Origin: Candidatus Iainarchaeum sp.
GTDB taxonomy: Archaea; Iainarchaeota; Iainarchaeia; Iainarchaeales; JAZDDZ01
Assembly (NCBI GenBank): GCA_043809245.1
Contig: JAZDDZ010000046.1
Span: 1-14,591 of the forward strand
Length of the DNA: 14,591 bases
Reading direction: 5' to 3'
Shown: piece after piece, positions 13,462-14,591 of the stretch
Position numbering within the stretch: the first letter of the stretch is position 1
Layout: each line of letters opens with the position of its first letter
The notes under the pieces: generated by a model
The model's database searches: none
What the model saw: the letters and a program-made list of their open reading frames with translations, nothing else
What the model was told of the DNA's origin: nothing
Made by a program: the position numbers and the translations under genes

Positions 13462-14196
13462 TTAACAACCTCCTACCTGTGTTGAGCCTGAAACCGCCCC
13501 ATTCTCTATTCCCTTGTATTTGTTTGAAGCAAGGTTAATGTAATTCAGCTCTATTCCCTGCTCCTGCAGCACCTGCGCTTTTGCAGCCATGTTGCTGGGG
13601 AAGTAAAGCGCCTTCCATTTGCCTAATTCCTCTAAAATCTGGTCGTTGGTGAATTCATTTGGGTGCTTTTCAAGCAGATACTTTGCAAGGCCCCTCATCG
13701 CGCCTGAGTGAGCGCAACCGCATGCCGCCTGGCCATTGGAAAAAGTTATTGCGTCAGCGCCGCAGCAGTACTCGCATGAAATGTTTGTCGTGACAGCAAT
13801 GTAACGGGAAAGCGTTTCACCGCTCAAGGCGTCATTGTCATACCTAGCCATTTTTGCAATTGCATCGTTTGCCTTCTGCTGGTTTGAAACGGATACATCA
13901 TCGTAAGAAACGCCCAATTCCGCCCCGTAAATCCTCGGAACGCCCTTGGGAATCACATCGGAGAAAGAAGCGGAAGAAACACCGGAAGAGGCACTGGGGG
14001 TGGGCGCTGCACCGCTTAAGGAGCTTGCGCCGCCTTTAACGGAAATCAGCGAAACCAGCGCCTCCTGCCGGTCAAGTGAAGAATCAATTCCTGCGGCTGT
14101 GAAAAAATTCAGGCCCAAAACAAGTATAACCGCGACCATTAGCGCGCCGAAAATAGTCCAGTTAAAAGAACTTTCCTTTTTTTCCGATTCAGCCAT
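13462..14196 (-). CDS. Membrane-anchored hypothetical protein (244 aa) with a CxxCC...CGCxH cluster, ending in QVGGC
   Basis: SD GGAGGT (14208-14203) 6 nt before ATG 14196 (MAESEKK), preferred over the track start at 14238. N-terminal TM, Ser/Ala linker, ISCEYCCG...AACGCAHS, C-terminal TQVGGC. Confidence 0.85.
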   Translation of the reverse strand: MAESEKKESSFNWTIFGALMVAVILVLGLNFFTAAGIDSSLDRQEALVSLISVKGGASSLSGAAPTPSASSGVSSASFSDVIPKGVPRIYGAELGVSYDDVSVSNQQKANDAIAKMARYDNDALSGETLSRYIAVTTNISCEYCCGADAITFSNGQAACGCAHSGAMRGLAKYLLEKHPNEFTNDQILEELGKWKALYFPSNMAAKAQVLQEQGIELNYINLASNKYKGIENGAVSGSTQVGGC

Positions 14197-14243
14197 CAAA
14201 AAACCTCCAAAAAAACCAAAATGCTTTGCAACACACAAAAGGA

Positions 14244-14260
14244 TTTACAAATTGTGTAAA
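14244..14260. promoter_or_regulatory. Candidate operator for the BlaI/CopY-family regulator
   Basis: Inverted repeat TTTACA-N5-TGTAAA in the divergent intergenic region. It contains the TACA/TGTA half-sites used by BlaI/MecI/CopY. Confidence 0.55.
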
Positions 14261-14298
14261 GCATTACATTTTTAAACATATGCCGCGGAATGATAATT

Positions 14299-14591
14299 AT
14301 GGAGCTTGGAAAGATTAACCTGGAGAAGGACGGCGTTGAAGCGCTTGTCGGCTCCCTTGAATCCGACATAATGAACTATTTGTGGAAGCACGGCAGCTGC
14401 TGCTGCAAGGAAATGTTTGAATCGCTTGGGAAAAAGAACGGCATAGCGCCGACAACTGTTACGGTTACATGCGACAGAATGTATGGAAAGGGCCTGCTTG
14501 AAAGGAAAGTGGAGAGGGGCAAGGGCGGATTGAAGTACATTTACTCCCCGAAAATTTCAAAGGACCAGATGGCCTCAAAGATTTCAAAAAA
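14299..14591 (+). CDS. BlaI/MecI/CopY-family winged-helix transcriptional regulator (partial, runs off the window)
   Basis: Translated by hand: MELGKINLEKDGVEALVGSLESDIMNYLWKHGSCCCKEMFESLGKKNGIAPTTVTVTCDRMYGKGLLERKVERGKGGLKYIYSPKISKDQMASKISK..., showing the LE..IM..LW, TTV....R...KG.L.R and Y.YSP signature. Alternative in-frame ATG at 14290. Confidence 0.9.
   Translation, partial: MELGKINLEKDGVEALVGSLESDIMNYLWKHGSCCCKEMFESLGKKNGIAPTTVTVTCDRMYGKGLLERKVERGKGGLKYIYSPKISKDQMASKISK

Noticed and set aside
12852-14275. + strand ORFs opposite the copper accessory genes
   Set aside because: The minus-strand genes have clear SD sites and coherent motifs; these ORFs are shadows.
1-14591. CRISPR array, diversity-generating retroelement, tRNA or rRNA genes
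   Set aside because: No regularly spaced direct repeats, reverse transcriptase, template/variable repeat pair or RNA-gene consensus seen by eye.

Overview
Archaeal chromosomal window. TATA/BRE-type promoters, oligo-T terminators and the gene families present suggest a DPANN lineage; this assignment is inference. From left to right: (1) a 5' fragment of an HsdR_N/type IIG-like restriction-modification gene, apparently cut by a hairpin-bearing IS200/IS605-like end at about 1-140, plus two small membrane-protein ORFs; (2) three co-directional cell-surface proteins (282, 1309 and 857 aa) with signal peptides, Ig/FN3 repeats and C-terminal anchors; (3) an unexplained structured RNA candidate of about 110 nt (8705-8818) with its own promoter; (4) DUF5654-like, HExxH metallopeptidase and DUF1405-like genes; (5) a heavy-metal, probably copper, locus. 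That locus has a BlaI/CopY-family regulator divergent from two membrane-tethered proteins that both end in QVGGC, a His/Met-rich exported protein, an unannotated 25-aa peptide ending in CCCCCD, and copA. The best candidates for novelty are the copper locus accessory proteins and the orphan structured RNA.
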